The notes: generated by a model not told the origin, from the letters alone. Counted from the first letter of the stretch, positions 49,801 through 57,939 are shown. The stretch is 64,000 nt of DNA from Bacteroidales bacterium UBA1176 (GCA_002311645.1 DBYW01000035.1:26306-90305); one strand, 5' to 3'. Numbers and translations: made by a program.

Positions 49801-50118
49801 GACGATAAACTGGAGCTTGCGCCGGGAGGTATAGTTGAGCAGTTTCTCAATTTCGCGGATATATTCGGGCACCTTGTAATAGGTATACTGCGCCAGGGCC
49901 TTGCCGGTCGGATAGAAATAGACGTCGTACTGGTCGGCGCGCAGGTATTGCCAGTTGAAATTCTGGTGCTGCACGCGGTTCTTGCCGAAGGTAAGCTGGG
50001 AGCCGTTATAGAATTGGGCATGCAAGGAAGAGGCCGCGCCCAAAGCGAGCAAGGCCACTGTCAGCAAGCCCATCAGGGCGTTGCGTCGCATTTTCCGGAG
50101 TAAGGGACGTTTCGTCAT
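46882..50118 (-). CDS. Large outer-membrane protein: N-terminal domain + PD40/TolB-like beta-propeller repeats + Omp85 (surface antigen D15) barrel
   Basis: ATG at 50118 (MTKRPLLRKMRRNALMGLLTVALLALGAASSLHAQ). 1078 aa. PD40-like stretches (SWSYSPDGRMMLFSG..NGQSDIYLY, VFSSNRP). The C-terminus reads GGIGLGLRVSVLGYLLRFDYAWG...FLFSLGTDF. Confidence 0.65.
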   Translation of the reverse strand: MTKRPLLRKMRRNALMGLLTVALLALGAASSLHAQFYNGSQLTFGKNRVQHQNFNWQYLRADQYDVYFYPTGKALAQYTYYKVPEYIREIEKLLNYTSRRKLQFIVYNTQQDFCESNFAYDDEEFYNQGGVTNIYGTKIYLYFDGNRAHFDAMIRAGIMNVYAHWLVQGATVSSNMSSDYLINVPNWFYNGLSSYFGQSWSSDIDAHVKNGILTQRYADFEELSPLDATYAGHSFWKYIVDIYGENAIAQVLYRTRTTKTIERGFAYATNVRFRELLVNWYKYYYVMYHPDTKREQLNDEGVVKRPRPRRNYGNIRLSPYDESYAYVTNELGQIRVWLKSPDKDRPRCIFRRYAKTEENPDLSFPLIAWHPDGGVLGMTLEDKGHCYYYPYNLENRKWEKRFLVDVEKITSWSYSPDGRMMLFSGFKNGQSDIYLYSFLARSFTNLTQDFYDDYDPIFLNPKQIVFSSNRPIDTIGLDDDFMEATPRKHYDLFLYDYGTKDPGVLRVTDTRYADEYAARRTGKQQFVYLSDNDGLVNRYVAQFDSAISRIDTAIHYAHFAKTHPLTDRSYSILEQDYEPYSNRVADITLKGKAKRISISELDLSNRAEPSFSVYRNKLRNEEIARTRAFMTEDSVRLGTKEKPQEHGFVQVYERDARYGHSDADSASANNRKEEFYIPVGSGYRVQYTVNKVVTQADFSFLNTSYQQFEGGTSPIYLNTGFNALVMFGITDLFEDYRITGGLRLSFNLRSNEVMFSYENLARRLDRQIVLYHQSITSQDGDNVYKQSANSIFYILKYPFNKVNSLRLSLKGRYETNVVGSLSDNTLREPDTRHLWAGVKLEYIYDDSKTLYTNLWRGSKVKIFAEYEQRAERDTRNLLVVGLDARRSFKIYRNMTFALRAAASTNVGSARLVYFMGGVDNWINAKFDRTIWVDQTKDYAYQTLATNMRGFQQNIRNGTSFVLLSGELRIPFVQLIAGHQIGFELLNSLQLNLFGDFGTAWTGITPYSKDNCLYTRYIDSGPIHAMIRRQVDPFVGGIGLGLRVSVLGYLLRFDYAWGVEDLKITNKKGMFLFSLGTDF

Positions 50119-50182
50119 AAGGGCGGCGCCAAAGTTGTGGAAAAAGTTTCCCGGAAGAAATCCGTCCGCATTTTTCCGACCG

Positions 50183-50190
50183 CAAAAATA
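50183..50190 (-). promoter_or_regulatory. -7 element (TATTTTTG on minus strand) for the PD40-Omp85 gene
   Basis: 64 nt upstream of ATG 50118, divergent from the rpsP promoter. Confidence 0.5.
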
Positions 50191-50226
50191 ATAAAAACAA
50201 GGACTTGCAGGGAAAGGAAATTTTTG

Positions 50227-50234
50227 TATTTTTG
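50227..50234 (+). promoter_or_regulatory. -7 element TATTTTTG for rpsP-rimM
   Basis: TTTTTGTATTTTTGCCGCCCC, 88 nt upstream of ATG 50323. Confidence 0.65.
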
Positions 50235-50322
50235 CCGCCCCTTGGAAACACCCTGCGAACAGCCTTTCAAAGGGATGTGAAAAGGCAATTATTTTATTAA
50301 CTAACAACACATTAAAAAATTT

Positions 50323-50916
50323 ATGGCAACAAGAATCAGATTACAAAGAAGAGGTAAGAAGAACCAACCTTTCTACCACCTTGTAATTGCGGATGGTCGA
50401 GCACCACGTGACGGACGTTTCATTGAGGACCTTGGAACCTACAACCCGCTGACCAATCCTGCAACTCTCAACATCAACTTTGACCGTGCGCTGTATTGGC
50501 TTGAGGCTGGTGCATCCCCCTCTGAAACGGCTCGTGCGATTCTCAGACGCGAAGGCGTTTACATGATGAAGCATCTCAGAGGCGGTGTCGCCAAGGGTGC
50601 TTTCACCGAAAATGAAGCCCAGGTCAGATTTGAGGCTTGGAAGAAGGAAAAAGACAGCAAGCTCAAGAACATCGTTCTCGAGGAGGTCAACAAGGCACGC
50701 GAAATCAAGAAAGAGCGTTTGGCTGCCGAGACCAAGGTGAAGGAAGCCATGTCGGCCAAGATTGCCGCCCGTTTGGCAGAGATTGCCGCCGCTGAAGCCA
50801 AGGCCGCTCAGGAAGCCGCCGAAGCCGCAGCAGCAGAACAAGCCGCAGCAGAGGCCGCAGCCGCCGCTGAAACAGCAGAACCGGCAGCTGAAGAAGCCGC
50901 TCCCGCCGAAGCATAA
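50323..50916 (+). CDS. rpsP: 30S ribosomal protein S16 with ~110-aa Ala/Glu/Lys-rich C-terminal extension
   Basis: 197 aa. The N-terminus reads MATRIRLQRRGKKNQPFYHLVIADGRAPRDGRFIEDLGTYNP. Confidence 0.9.
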   Translation: MATRIRLQRRGKKNQPFYHLVIADGRAPRDGRFIEDLGTYNPLTNPATLNINFDRALYWLEAGASPSETARAILRREGVYMMKHLRGGVAKGAFTENEAQVRFEAWKKEKDSKLKNIVLEEVNKAREIKKERLAAETKVKEAMSAKIAARLAEIAAAEAKAAQEAAEAAAAEQAAAEAAAAAETAEPAAEEAAPAEA

Positions 50917-51440
50917 TGAAAGACCAATTCTTCTATTTAGGCACACTAACCCGACCTTTCGGACTGAAAGGAGAGTTGTGTGCCTTTTTTGAAACCGACA
51001 ATCCCGAGAGGTATACCGCCCTCGACGCCGTTTTCCTCGAGCTCGACGGCGAGAAAATCCCTTATACCATCGAACATATAACCTACAGGGGGAACAACCA
51101 GTTCATCATCAAGTTCGACGCCATCGGCCCCGACGAATGCCGCGAATTTGCCGCCGTCGAGCTATATCTCCCCCTCGACCAACTGCCGCCCCTCACGGGC
51201 AACCGGTTTTACTTCCACGAGGTCATCGGCTTCACCGTCATCGACCAACGGCTTGGCGAAATCGGCACCTGCAAGGAGTTCCTCGAAGTGAGCAACAACC
51301 CCATCATGCAGGTTGACCACGACGGCACCGAAATCCTCATCCCCGCCTCCCAACAATTCGTAACCCAAGTGGACCGCGAAAACCACATCCTATACGTCAA
51401 CACACCCGAAGGACTGGTCGAGATTTACCTCGACAGATAA
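50916..51440 (+). CDS. rimM: 16S rRNA processing protein RimM
   Basis: 174 aa. Its ATG overlaps the rpsP stop (TAATG). LGTLTRPFGLKGEL and a PRC-barrel-like C-terminus. Confidence 0.85.
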   Translation: MKDQFFYLGTLTRPFGLKGELCAFFETDNPERYTALDAVFLELDGEKIPYTIEHITYRGNNQFIIKFDAIGPDECREFAAVELYLPLDQLPPLTGNRFYFHEVIGFTVIDQRLGEIGTCKEFLEVSNNPIMQVDHDGTEILIPASQQFVTQVDRENHILYVNTPEGLVEIYLDR

Positions 51441-51482
51441 CCAACGGCCGACGCCTGCGCCGGCCCCCAAACAAAAACAAAA

Positions 51483-53762
51483 ATGAAGCGCATTCTCCTT
51501 CTGCTCACAACACTTGCCTTGACCATAGTGTCTTTCGCCCAGAACACCGTCTTGAAAGGTTTCACCTACGACGACTCCAACGGCGAAACGCTGCCCTACT
51601 GCACCATCCAGTTGATGGGGACCTCCTTCGGTGCCCTGTCCGACGGCGACGGCGCATTCATGATCAACAAGATTCCACGCGGCACCTACGTGGTGAAGGT
51701 CGCCTTTCTCGGCTACACCGACATCATGGACACCATCGTGGTGGACAAGGACAAGACCATCACCAAGCGGTACTCGCTGAAGCCCTCTTCCACGGTGCTC
51801 GACGCCGTGCAGATTGTGGGCGAGGGACAGCGCCGCGAGCAGGAGACCCGCACTTCCGTCGTCAGCGTCACGCCGAAGGACATGAGCAAGATGCCCGCCA
51901 TCGGCGGCCAACCTGACTTCGCGCAATACTTGCAGGTGCTCCCTGGTGTCATCTCCACCGGTGACCAGGGCGGACAGCTCTACATCCGTGGCGGCACACC
52001 TGTCCAGAACATGCTCCTGCTGGATGGCGTCATCCTCTACAGCCCCTTCCACTCCATCGGCATCTTCTCGGTCTTCGACATGGACATCATGAGCAGCGCC
52101 GACATTTACACTGGCGGCTATGGCGCCGAATTCGGCGGACGCATCTCCTCCGTGATGGACATCAAGACGCGCGACGGCAACAAGAAAAGGCTTTCCGGCA
52201 AGGTCGACGTCAGCAACATCTCCTCGCAAGTGCTCCTGGAAGGCCCGTTAGTCAAGCTTAAAGATGACCGCAAGACCTCGCTGAGCTTCATCCTCTCCGG
52301 CAAAGGCTCCTACCTGAAACAATCCGCAAAAGCTTTCTACCCTTACGTGGGTGAGGACGGACTGCCCTTCAATTTCTACGACCTCTACGGCAAAATCACG
52401 CTCGCCACCCAAAACGGCACCAAGCTCAACCTCTTCGGGTTCCGCTTCGACGACCGCGTCAACTATGAGAAAGTGGCCGAGTATGGATGGCAGAACTGGG
52501 GTGTGGGCGCCAATTTCCTCATCGTGCCCGGCGACGTGCCCACCACCATCGAGGGTTCCTTAGCCTATTCCGACTACGACTGCATGCTGAACGACAAGTT
52601 CGCCACGCCGCGCAAGAGCTCCATGAACGGTTTCACTTTCAATCTCGGCTTCAACTACTATATCGGGCGCAGCCTGCTCAACGTGGGCATGGAGGCCGTG
52701 GGCTTCAACACCAACTACAACTACACCACCCGCTTCGGTTCCGAAAGGATTGTGGAGGACCACACCACCGACTTGTCTATCTTTGCCAAGTTCAAATACA
52801 ACTTCCGCAACAAACTCCTCATCGAACCCAGCTTCCGCCTCCAATACTACTACTCCCTCGGAGAGGCATCCCCCGAACCGAGACTGGCTCTCAAATACAA
52901 CATCCTCAAAAACCTGCGCCTCAAGTTGGCGGGCGGCCTCTATTCGCAGAACCTCGTCGCCGTGACCTCCGACCAAGACGTGGTCAGCCTCTTCTCGGGC
53001 TTCATCTCCTCTCCGTTGGAAGGTTCCATGCTTTCCGACTACCGCTACAACAGCGAGGATGAGGTCAAGGGGCGCCTGCAAAAAGCCCAGCATATCATTC
53101 TGGGTCTTGAATACGACCCCATACCAGAAGTCAACATCAACGTGGAAGGTTATTACAAGCATTTCTCGCAACTCATCTCCGTGAACCGCTACAAGATGTT
53201 CGACAGCGACGAGGATTTCATCTGGGAGAAGGGTTCCGCATACGGCGGGGATGTCACCGTCAAGTATGAGCACAAAGGCTTCTATGCGTGGTTCGTTTAC
53301 TCGTTGGGATGGGTGAAGCGCGATGACAACGTCATCCAGTACGCGCCCCATTTCGACCGTCGTCACAACATCAACCTCATCGCATCCTACGCCTTCGGCA
53401 AACGCAAATCATGGCAGGTCGACGCCCGCTGGAACTTCGGAACAGGCTTCCCCTTCACGCAGACACAGGCCTTCTATCCGCACTACAACCCGACAAATAT
53501 CAACGATGACTACGTGACCGCCAACGAGGACCTCTACTTCCTGCTCGCCGACTACAACCAAGCGCGCCTGCCGCACTACCACCGCCTCGACATCGGCGCC
53601 AAAAAGAAATTCTTCATCGGCGAAAGGAACTCACTCGAACTTAGCATCTCCTTCTCCAACATCTATAATTACAAGAACGTCTTCTACGTCAACCGCACCA
53701 CGAATGACATCATTTACCAACTTCCGTTCCTCTATTATTTCGGTTTGACGTGGAGATTCTGA
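51483..53762 (+). CDS. TonB-dependent receptor with carboxypeptidase-regulatory-like N-terminal domain
   Basis: 759 aa with a signal peptide, CarbopepD_reg-like VLKGFTYDDSNGETLPYCTIQL and a plug region. The barrel ends ...GLTWRF. Confidence 0.8.
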   Translation: MKRILLLLTTLALTIVSFAQNTVLKGFTYDDSNGETLPYCTIQLMGTSFGALSDGDGAFMINKIPRGTYVVKVAFLGYTDIMDTIVVDKDKTITKRYSLKPSSTVLDAVQIVGEGQRREQETRTSVVSVTPKDMSKMPAIGGQPDFAQYLQVLPGVISTGDQGGQLYIRGGTPVQNMLLLDGVILYSPFHSIGIFSVFDMDIMSSADIYTGGYGAEFGGRISSVMDIKTRDGNKKRLSGKVDVSNISSQVLLEGPLVKLKDDRKTSLSFILSGKGSYLKQSAKAFYPYVGEDGLPFNFYDLYGKITLATQNGTKLNLFGFRFDDRVNYEKVAEYGWQNWGVGANFLIVPGDVPTTIEGSLAYSDYDCMLNDKFATPRKSSMNGFTFNLGFNYYIGRSLLNVGMEAVGFNTNYNYTTRFGSERIVEDHTTDLSIFAKFKYNFRNKLLIEPSFRLQYYYSLGEASPEPRLALKYNILKNLRLKLAGGLYSQNLVAVTSDQDVVSLFSGFISSPLEGSMLSDYRYNSEDEVKGRLQKAQHIILGLEYDPIPEVNINVEGYYKHFSQLISVNRYKMFDSDEDFIWEKGSAYGGDVTVKYEHKGFYAWFVYSLGWVKRDDNVIQYAPHFDRRHNINLIASYAFGKRKSWQVDARWNFGTGFPFTQTQAFYPHYNPTNINDDYVTANEDLYFLLADYNQARLPHYHRLDIGAKKKFFIGERNSLELSISFSNIYNYKNVFYVNRTTNDIIYQLPFLYYFGLTWRF

Positions 53763-53763
53763 T

Positions 53764-53909
53764 GTTGGACGTTAGCTGTTGGATTTTGGATTTTGAACGA
53801 TGGCGATGAACTATGACTATGAACTATAAAGGTCTATGGTAGTTGGACGTTAGCTGTTGGATTTTGCATTTTGGATTTTGAACGATGACGATGAACTATG
53901 ACTATGAAC
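53764..53909. repeat. Imperfect direct repeat, two copies (61 nt at 53764-53824; 68 nt at 53842-53909), period 78 nt
   Basis: The copies differ by one substitution (GATGGCG vs GATGACG) and a 7-nt insertion (CATTTTG). Internal GGATTTT and ATGA(A)CT sub-repeats are present. The repeat lies between the TonB-receptor stop and tRNA-Asp. Confidence 0.9.
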
Positions 53910-54098
53910 GATTGGTTTTCAGTATATAATCTCTGGGGATCGCGACATAGATATGAATTGTGTGAAATTTAGGCTATGCCATCAACAAGGGTGACGGGGG
54001 TTGAAGAAATGTAACAATAATATATTCCACTAAAATTCAACAACATACAAACATCAAAAAAAATATTTCAGAAACTGACGGAGTATTGAAAAAAAGTG

Positions 54099-54106
54099 TA
54101 TTTTTG
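54099..54106 (+). promoter_or_regulatory. Strong promoter cassette for tRNA-Asp
   Basis: AAAAAAAGTGTATTTTTGCACC, 19 nt upstream of tRNA position 1. Confidence 0.7.
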
Positions 54107-54125
54107 CACCGTCAAAACGACAAAC

Positions 54126-54203
54126 GGATCGGTAGTTCAGTTTGGTTAGAATACATGCCTGTCACGCATGGGGTCGCGAGTTCGAGTCTCGTCCGGTCCG
54201 CCA
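54126..54203 (+). tRNA. tRNA-Asp (anticodon GUC), CCA encoded
   Basis: Manual fold. Acceptor GGATCGG/CCGGTCC. Anticodon stem CATGC/GCATG with loop CTGTCAC. T-arm GCGAG-TTCGAGT-CTCGT. Discriminator G followed by CCA. Confidence 0.9.
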
Positions 54204-54208
54204 ACAAA

Positions 54209-54249
54209 AACTCATAAGTCATTAGAAACCAGACTTATGAGTTTTTTTT
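54209..54249 (+). terminator. Intrinsic terminator after tRNA-Asp
   Basis: 12-bp stem AACTCATAAGTC / GACTTATGAGTT with an 11-nt loop, then a T-run. Confidence 0.8.
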
Positions 54250-54360
54250 ATGTCCAAAAAAATGCACCAAAAATGCACCGAACTTGCTGACAGACAAAAA
54301 AATAAGGAGACAACAACGCTATCTTAGTGAGTTGGGATAATATCATATTCATAAATTTTG

Positions 54361-54368
54361 TATTTTTG
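54361..54368 (+). promoter_or_regulatory. -7 element TATTTTTG for the AAA ATPase gene
   Basis: TTTTGTATTTTTGCAGCG, 54 nt upstream of ATG 54423. Confidence 0.55.
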
Positions 54369-54422
54369 CAGCGAACAATGTTGTTTGTTTCAAATGAACA
54401 ACTTTACAACAAACTGATAAAT

Positions 54423-55637
54423 ATGATATTACAACAGACTATCGAACAAGTAATACAAGAATGGCACGATAGAATCTCTACGGATGAGACAGGAATCGTA
54501 CGAGAAAAGACTATCCCATTGGATAGTATTGCTTCACACGCCACCGTCATTAGCGGCATCAGGCGTTGTGGGAAAAGTACCCTGCTTGCCCAACTCTACC
54601 GTCAACTTTCCGAACCTGCATTGTACATCAACTTTGAGCATCCTCTGCTGATGGACTTCGCCACGAACGATTATGCCCGCCTTGATAATGTCATCGCGAA
54701 ATATAATGCCCAATGGCTCCTGTTCGACGAGATTCAATCATTGCCTAATTGGGAGGTTTATGTGCGACAGAAATTGGATAACCATCATAAAATTGTGATT
54801 ACCGGTTCCAATGCTTCCCTGTTAAGTCGGGAGTTGGGCACTCACCTTACCGGCAGGCACATTCAGATGGAACTTTTCCCATTCTCATATATCGAATTTC
54901 TGAAACTGAAATTTCAAACTGCTTCCTACGAATCCTTCCACGAATATCTGTTTGCCGGAGGTTTTCCCGAATATTTGAAGACTGGAGACATACAGCAACT
55001 CTCAACATTGTTTCAGGACATTCTTTATCGCGACATTATTGTGCGCTACAGTATCAAGGAAGTGTCATCCCTGCAAAGGTTGGCAAATTTCCTTATGCAG
55101 AATGTCGGCAACAAATTCTCCGCTTCAAAAATCAAACAGGCAATCTCCGTAAATGCCACCAATACCGTTTTAAACTGGTGTAATTATTTTGCAAACAGCT
55201 ACTTGTTCTCGTTTGTTGAGAAATACAGTTACTCTGTCCGCTCGCAAATGGTTAGTCCCAAAAAGATTTACGCCGCTGACACTGGACTCGCCTACTCGCT
55301 TTCCACCCATTCCATGACAGACGAAGGACACCTTTTGGAAAATCTTGTTTACATAGCATTGAGAAACCAATATCCGCACATCTGTTATTTTGAAGGGAAA
55401 GGTGAATGTGATTTTGTGGTGGTGGAAAAAGGTACTCCCACGCAATTGTTACAAGTATGTGCCGAACTAAATCCTGATAACCTGCATCGTGAAACGGCAG
55501 GCATAGAAGAAGCAATGCGTACATTCTCCATTCATAATGGGCTGATTATCACAGAAAACCAAACCGACACCATCCAAACTGATATAGGTACAATTGAGGT
55601 ACTGCCATTTTGGAAATGGAATATAGGTAATCTGTAA
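54423..55637 (+). CDS. AAA-superfamily ATPase (AAA_14 + DUF4143-type)
   Basis: 404 aa from ATG 54423 (alternative ATG at 54378). P-loop GIRRCGKSTLL and Walker B LLFDEIQ. The composition is AT-rich. Confidence 0.65.
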   Translation: MILQQTIEQVIQEWHDRISTDETGIVREKTIPLDSIASHATVISGIRRCGKSTLLAQLYRQLSEPALYINFEHPLLMDFATNDYARLDNVIAKYNAQWLLFDEIQSLPNWEVYVRQKLDNHHKIVITGSNASLLSRELGTHLTGRHIQMELFPFSYIEFLKLKFQTASYESFHEYLFAGGFPEYLKTGDIQQLSTLFQDILYRDIIVRYSIKEVSSLQRLANFLMQNVGNKFSASKIKQAISVNATNTVLNWCNYFANSYLFSFVEKYSYSVRSQMVSPKKIYAADTGLAYSLSTHSMTDEGHLLENLVYIALRNQYPHICYFEGKGECDFVVVEKGTPTQLLQVCAELNPDNLHRETAGIEEAMRTFSIHNGLIITENQTDTIQTDIGTIEVLPFWKWNIGNL

Positions 55638-55646
55638 TTTAAGTAG

Positions 55647-55742
55647 AGGCTGGGCGTGATTGAAATGACGCAACCCCATTCGCCCAACAGTTCTACGCAG
55701 CGATATGTGCTCACGGAGGAAGGACAGAAGTTGCTCAAATAA
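55647..55742 (+). pseudogene. Possible 3' remnant of a wHTH-tailed (Fic- or AlbA_2/ATPase-type) gene
   Basis: A 31-codon open stretch with no credible start ends ...IEMTQPHSPNSSTQRYVLTEEGQKLLK*. It resembles a C-terminal tail (..IP.KP.S..QKY.LT..G..LL) that I recall from Bacteroidales proteins. Confidence 0.3.
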
Positions 55743-55846
55743 AACTTGACTTACAAGAAATCCAAAGAAAGAGAAAATCTAATGAGAACCTTGTGCTGTC
55801 TTTTAAACATCAATAGTCAAAGTCAAAGAATACAACAAAATACACA

Positions 55847-57526
55847 ATGATGAAACGTCTGATATTGTTATGTATCCTTTTCGGACTGGCCATTTCCCTC
55901 TTCGGCCAAAACCCAACACCGACCTGTTATCGGGTCTATCTGAGTGACAAAAATAACTCGCCATACTCCATAAACAATCCTTTGGAGTATCTTTCGCAAC
56001 GGGCCATTGACAAGCGCACCCGGTTCAACATTCTGGTTACGGAACAGGATTTTCCCATCAATCCCCAGTATAAGCAACAGATTTTGGCTCTAGACCCGCA
56101 GATGAGGCCGTTGGCCGTGTCCAAATGGATGAACACGTTCACGGTCTATTGTCCCGACAGTACGATTGTTCCTCAAATATTGAACCTGCCCTTCGTGGAT
56201 TCTGTGATGGCAGTGGCCGCGTACCATTTAAAGGATTCCCTTGTGGCAGAACCTGTACCGGAGAATCCGACGCCGATGGTTTACAGCACACCGACATTCA
56301 GCAAAGATACGCTGAACTATGGTCCCGGTTTTGCACAGATTGCCTTGCACAACGGTCATCTGTTACATGCGGAAGGTTTTCACGGTGAAGGAATGCTCAT
56401 TGCTGTCATAGACTGTGGTTTTGGATTGATTGAGGATATTCCTTTTTTCCAGGAGATTGTAGATGACGGACGTTTTTTGGGAAAGTATTCATTGTTGCCT
56501 AATTTGGATTCGCTATCAGCAGGAGAAGTTGTTGAAGAACCTGATCATGGTACAGCTGTTACATCCGCGATGGCGGCAAATATTCCTGGAGAATTGATTG
56601 GGACAGCCCCCGCCTCCTCTTACGTTTTCATAATATCGGAAGTCGCAGGAACAGAGCAACCTATTGAAGAGGATTTTTGGGCCAATGGCGCGGAAATTGC
56701 TGACAGTATTGGAGCAGATATTGTCAATTCCTCGTTGATCTATCACAGTTTTCCAGATTTCCCGCAAGTCAGTATTGGCTACGAGCAGATGGATGGCGTA
56801 TGGAGTATAGCCTCCAGAGCCGCCACCATTTTAGGACAAAAGGGCGTGGTAGTTTGTGTAAGCGCCGGAAATACAGGAGATTATATAGGACATCCTGCCG
56901 ATGCCTTTGATGTTCTTTGTGTAGGAGCCACCTCTGATAGTGTTATTCTCAGTATTTCTTCACACGGTCCAACTTATGACGGACGCGTGAAGCCTGATGT
57001 CGTGGCCGAAGGAGAGAGTGTATATTGCTATAGTATGGCCCCTCCTTATTATCATTACGCTAGTTATTGGCTTAGACCTTTGGCAGGTACCAGCATGGCA
57101 AGTCCCATCATAGCTGGTCTCAGTGCCTGTCTTTGGCAAGCAATGCCATGCTATACTTCTTCCCAAATCATGCAGATCATTCGCGAGAGCGGCCATCTCT
57201 ACAATAACCCTAATCCGGAGTATGGCTACGGCATTCCCGATTTCTACAGGGCGTACACCAGCCACGTCGGCATTAATGACTACAAACCACAGAATCTCAG
57301 TATCTATCCTAACCCCGTCACCGACCGTTTGAATATCCTCAACCCCGAAACCAACATTCAAGCTGTTTCCGTCTATAACGCCGCTGGTCAGCTCGTCCTG
57401 CAGACCACCGTCCCCAACTCCCCAATTCTTGAAGTCAATGTAGCTGGCTTGCCCAATGGATTCTACATGGGAATGGCAACGCTTGATAATCACCAAATTG
57501 CCACATTTAAATTTATGAAACAATAA
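55847..57526 (+). CDS. S8 (subtilisin-family) serine peptidase with T9SS type-A C-terminal sorting domain
   Basis: 559 aa with a signal peptide. Catalytic blocks VIDCGF (Asp), HGTAVTS (His) and GTSMASP (Ser). The C-terminus reads LSIYPNPVTDRLNI...GFYMGMATL...FKFMKQ. Confidence 0.85.
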   Translation: MMKRLILLCILFGLAISLFGQNPTPTCYRVYLSDKNNSPYSINNPLEYLSQRAIDKRTRFNILVTEQDFPINPQYKQQILALDPQMRPLAVSKWMNTFTVYCPDSTIVPQILNLPFVDSVMAVAAYHLKDSLVAEPVPENPTPMVYSTPTFSKDTLNYGPGFAQIALHNGHLLHAEGFHGEGMLIAVIDCGFGLIEDIPFFQEIVDDGRFLGKYSLLPNLDSLSAGEVVEEPDHGTAVTSAMAANIPGELIGTAPASSYVFIISEVAGTEQPIEEDFWANGAEIADSIGADIVNSSLIYHSFPDFPQVSIGYEQMDGVWSIASRAATILGQKGVVVCVSAGNTGDYIGHPADAFDVLCVGATSDSVILSISSHGPTYDGRVKPDVVAEGESVYCYSMAPPYYHYASYWLRPLAGTSMASPIIAGLSACLWQAMPCYTSSQIMQIIRESGHLYNNPNPEYGYGIPDFYRAYTSHVGINDYKPQNLSIYPNPVTDRLNILNPETNIQAVSVYNAAGQLVLQTTVPNSPILEVNVAGLPNGFYMGMATLDNHQIATFKFMKQ

Positions 57527-57939
57527 TTCCCTGCCGAACTTTTGCCCCAGTCGGGCACTAAAATAGAGGCAATGATATAGATGTTGACCTATAGTTTTGG
57601 GGGTTATCACGAATTAACATAGCAGATTACATGTGTAGTTGCAGTCTTTGTTATGATCAGATGCACATTGTTTCCCTTGTCCGCACACCCGTGCGTCTTG
57701 CGATGCGGCACCTCCGGGGCAACTTCTATATCATTGCCAATAAAAATGTGTACTTTTGAAGACAAAATCAAATCCTGATAGTCTTTGCGTTGTCTTTTTA
57801 GACCGGCCGGGCATTCGCTTTATTCATCTCTGATTCCAGATAGGAATACACGTAACCCGGACAATCAAACCAATTTCAGCTGATTACCACATAGCTTTTC
57901 ACAAGAAAACCAGAAGTGAATGCATGTCACTTTTTTTTC

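Noticed and set aside
53764-53909. A possible CRISPR array or MITE at the 61/68-nt repeat.
   Set aside because: There are only two copies, separated by a 17-nt spacer. The unit has no palindromic core, there are no terminal inverted repeats or target-site duplication, and no cas genes lie nearby.
37492-54098. A -33 TTTG element paired with the -7 elements of the strong promoters.
   Set aside because: The spacing is consistent for ferredoxin (19 nt) and approximately so for rpsP. For infC, rpsF and tRNA-Asp the nearest TTG/TTTG lies 8-30 nt away. I cannot support a -33 call from sequence alone.
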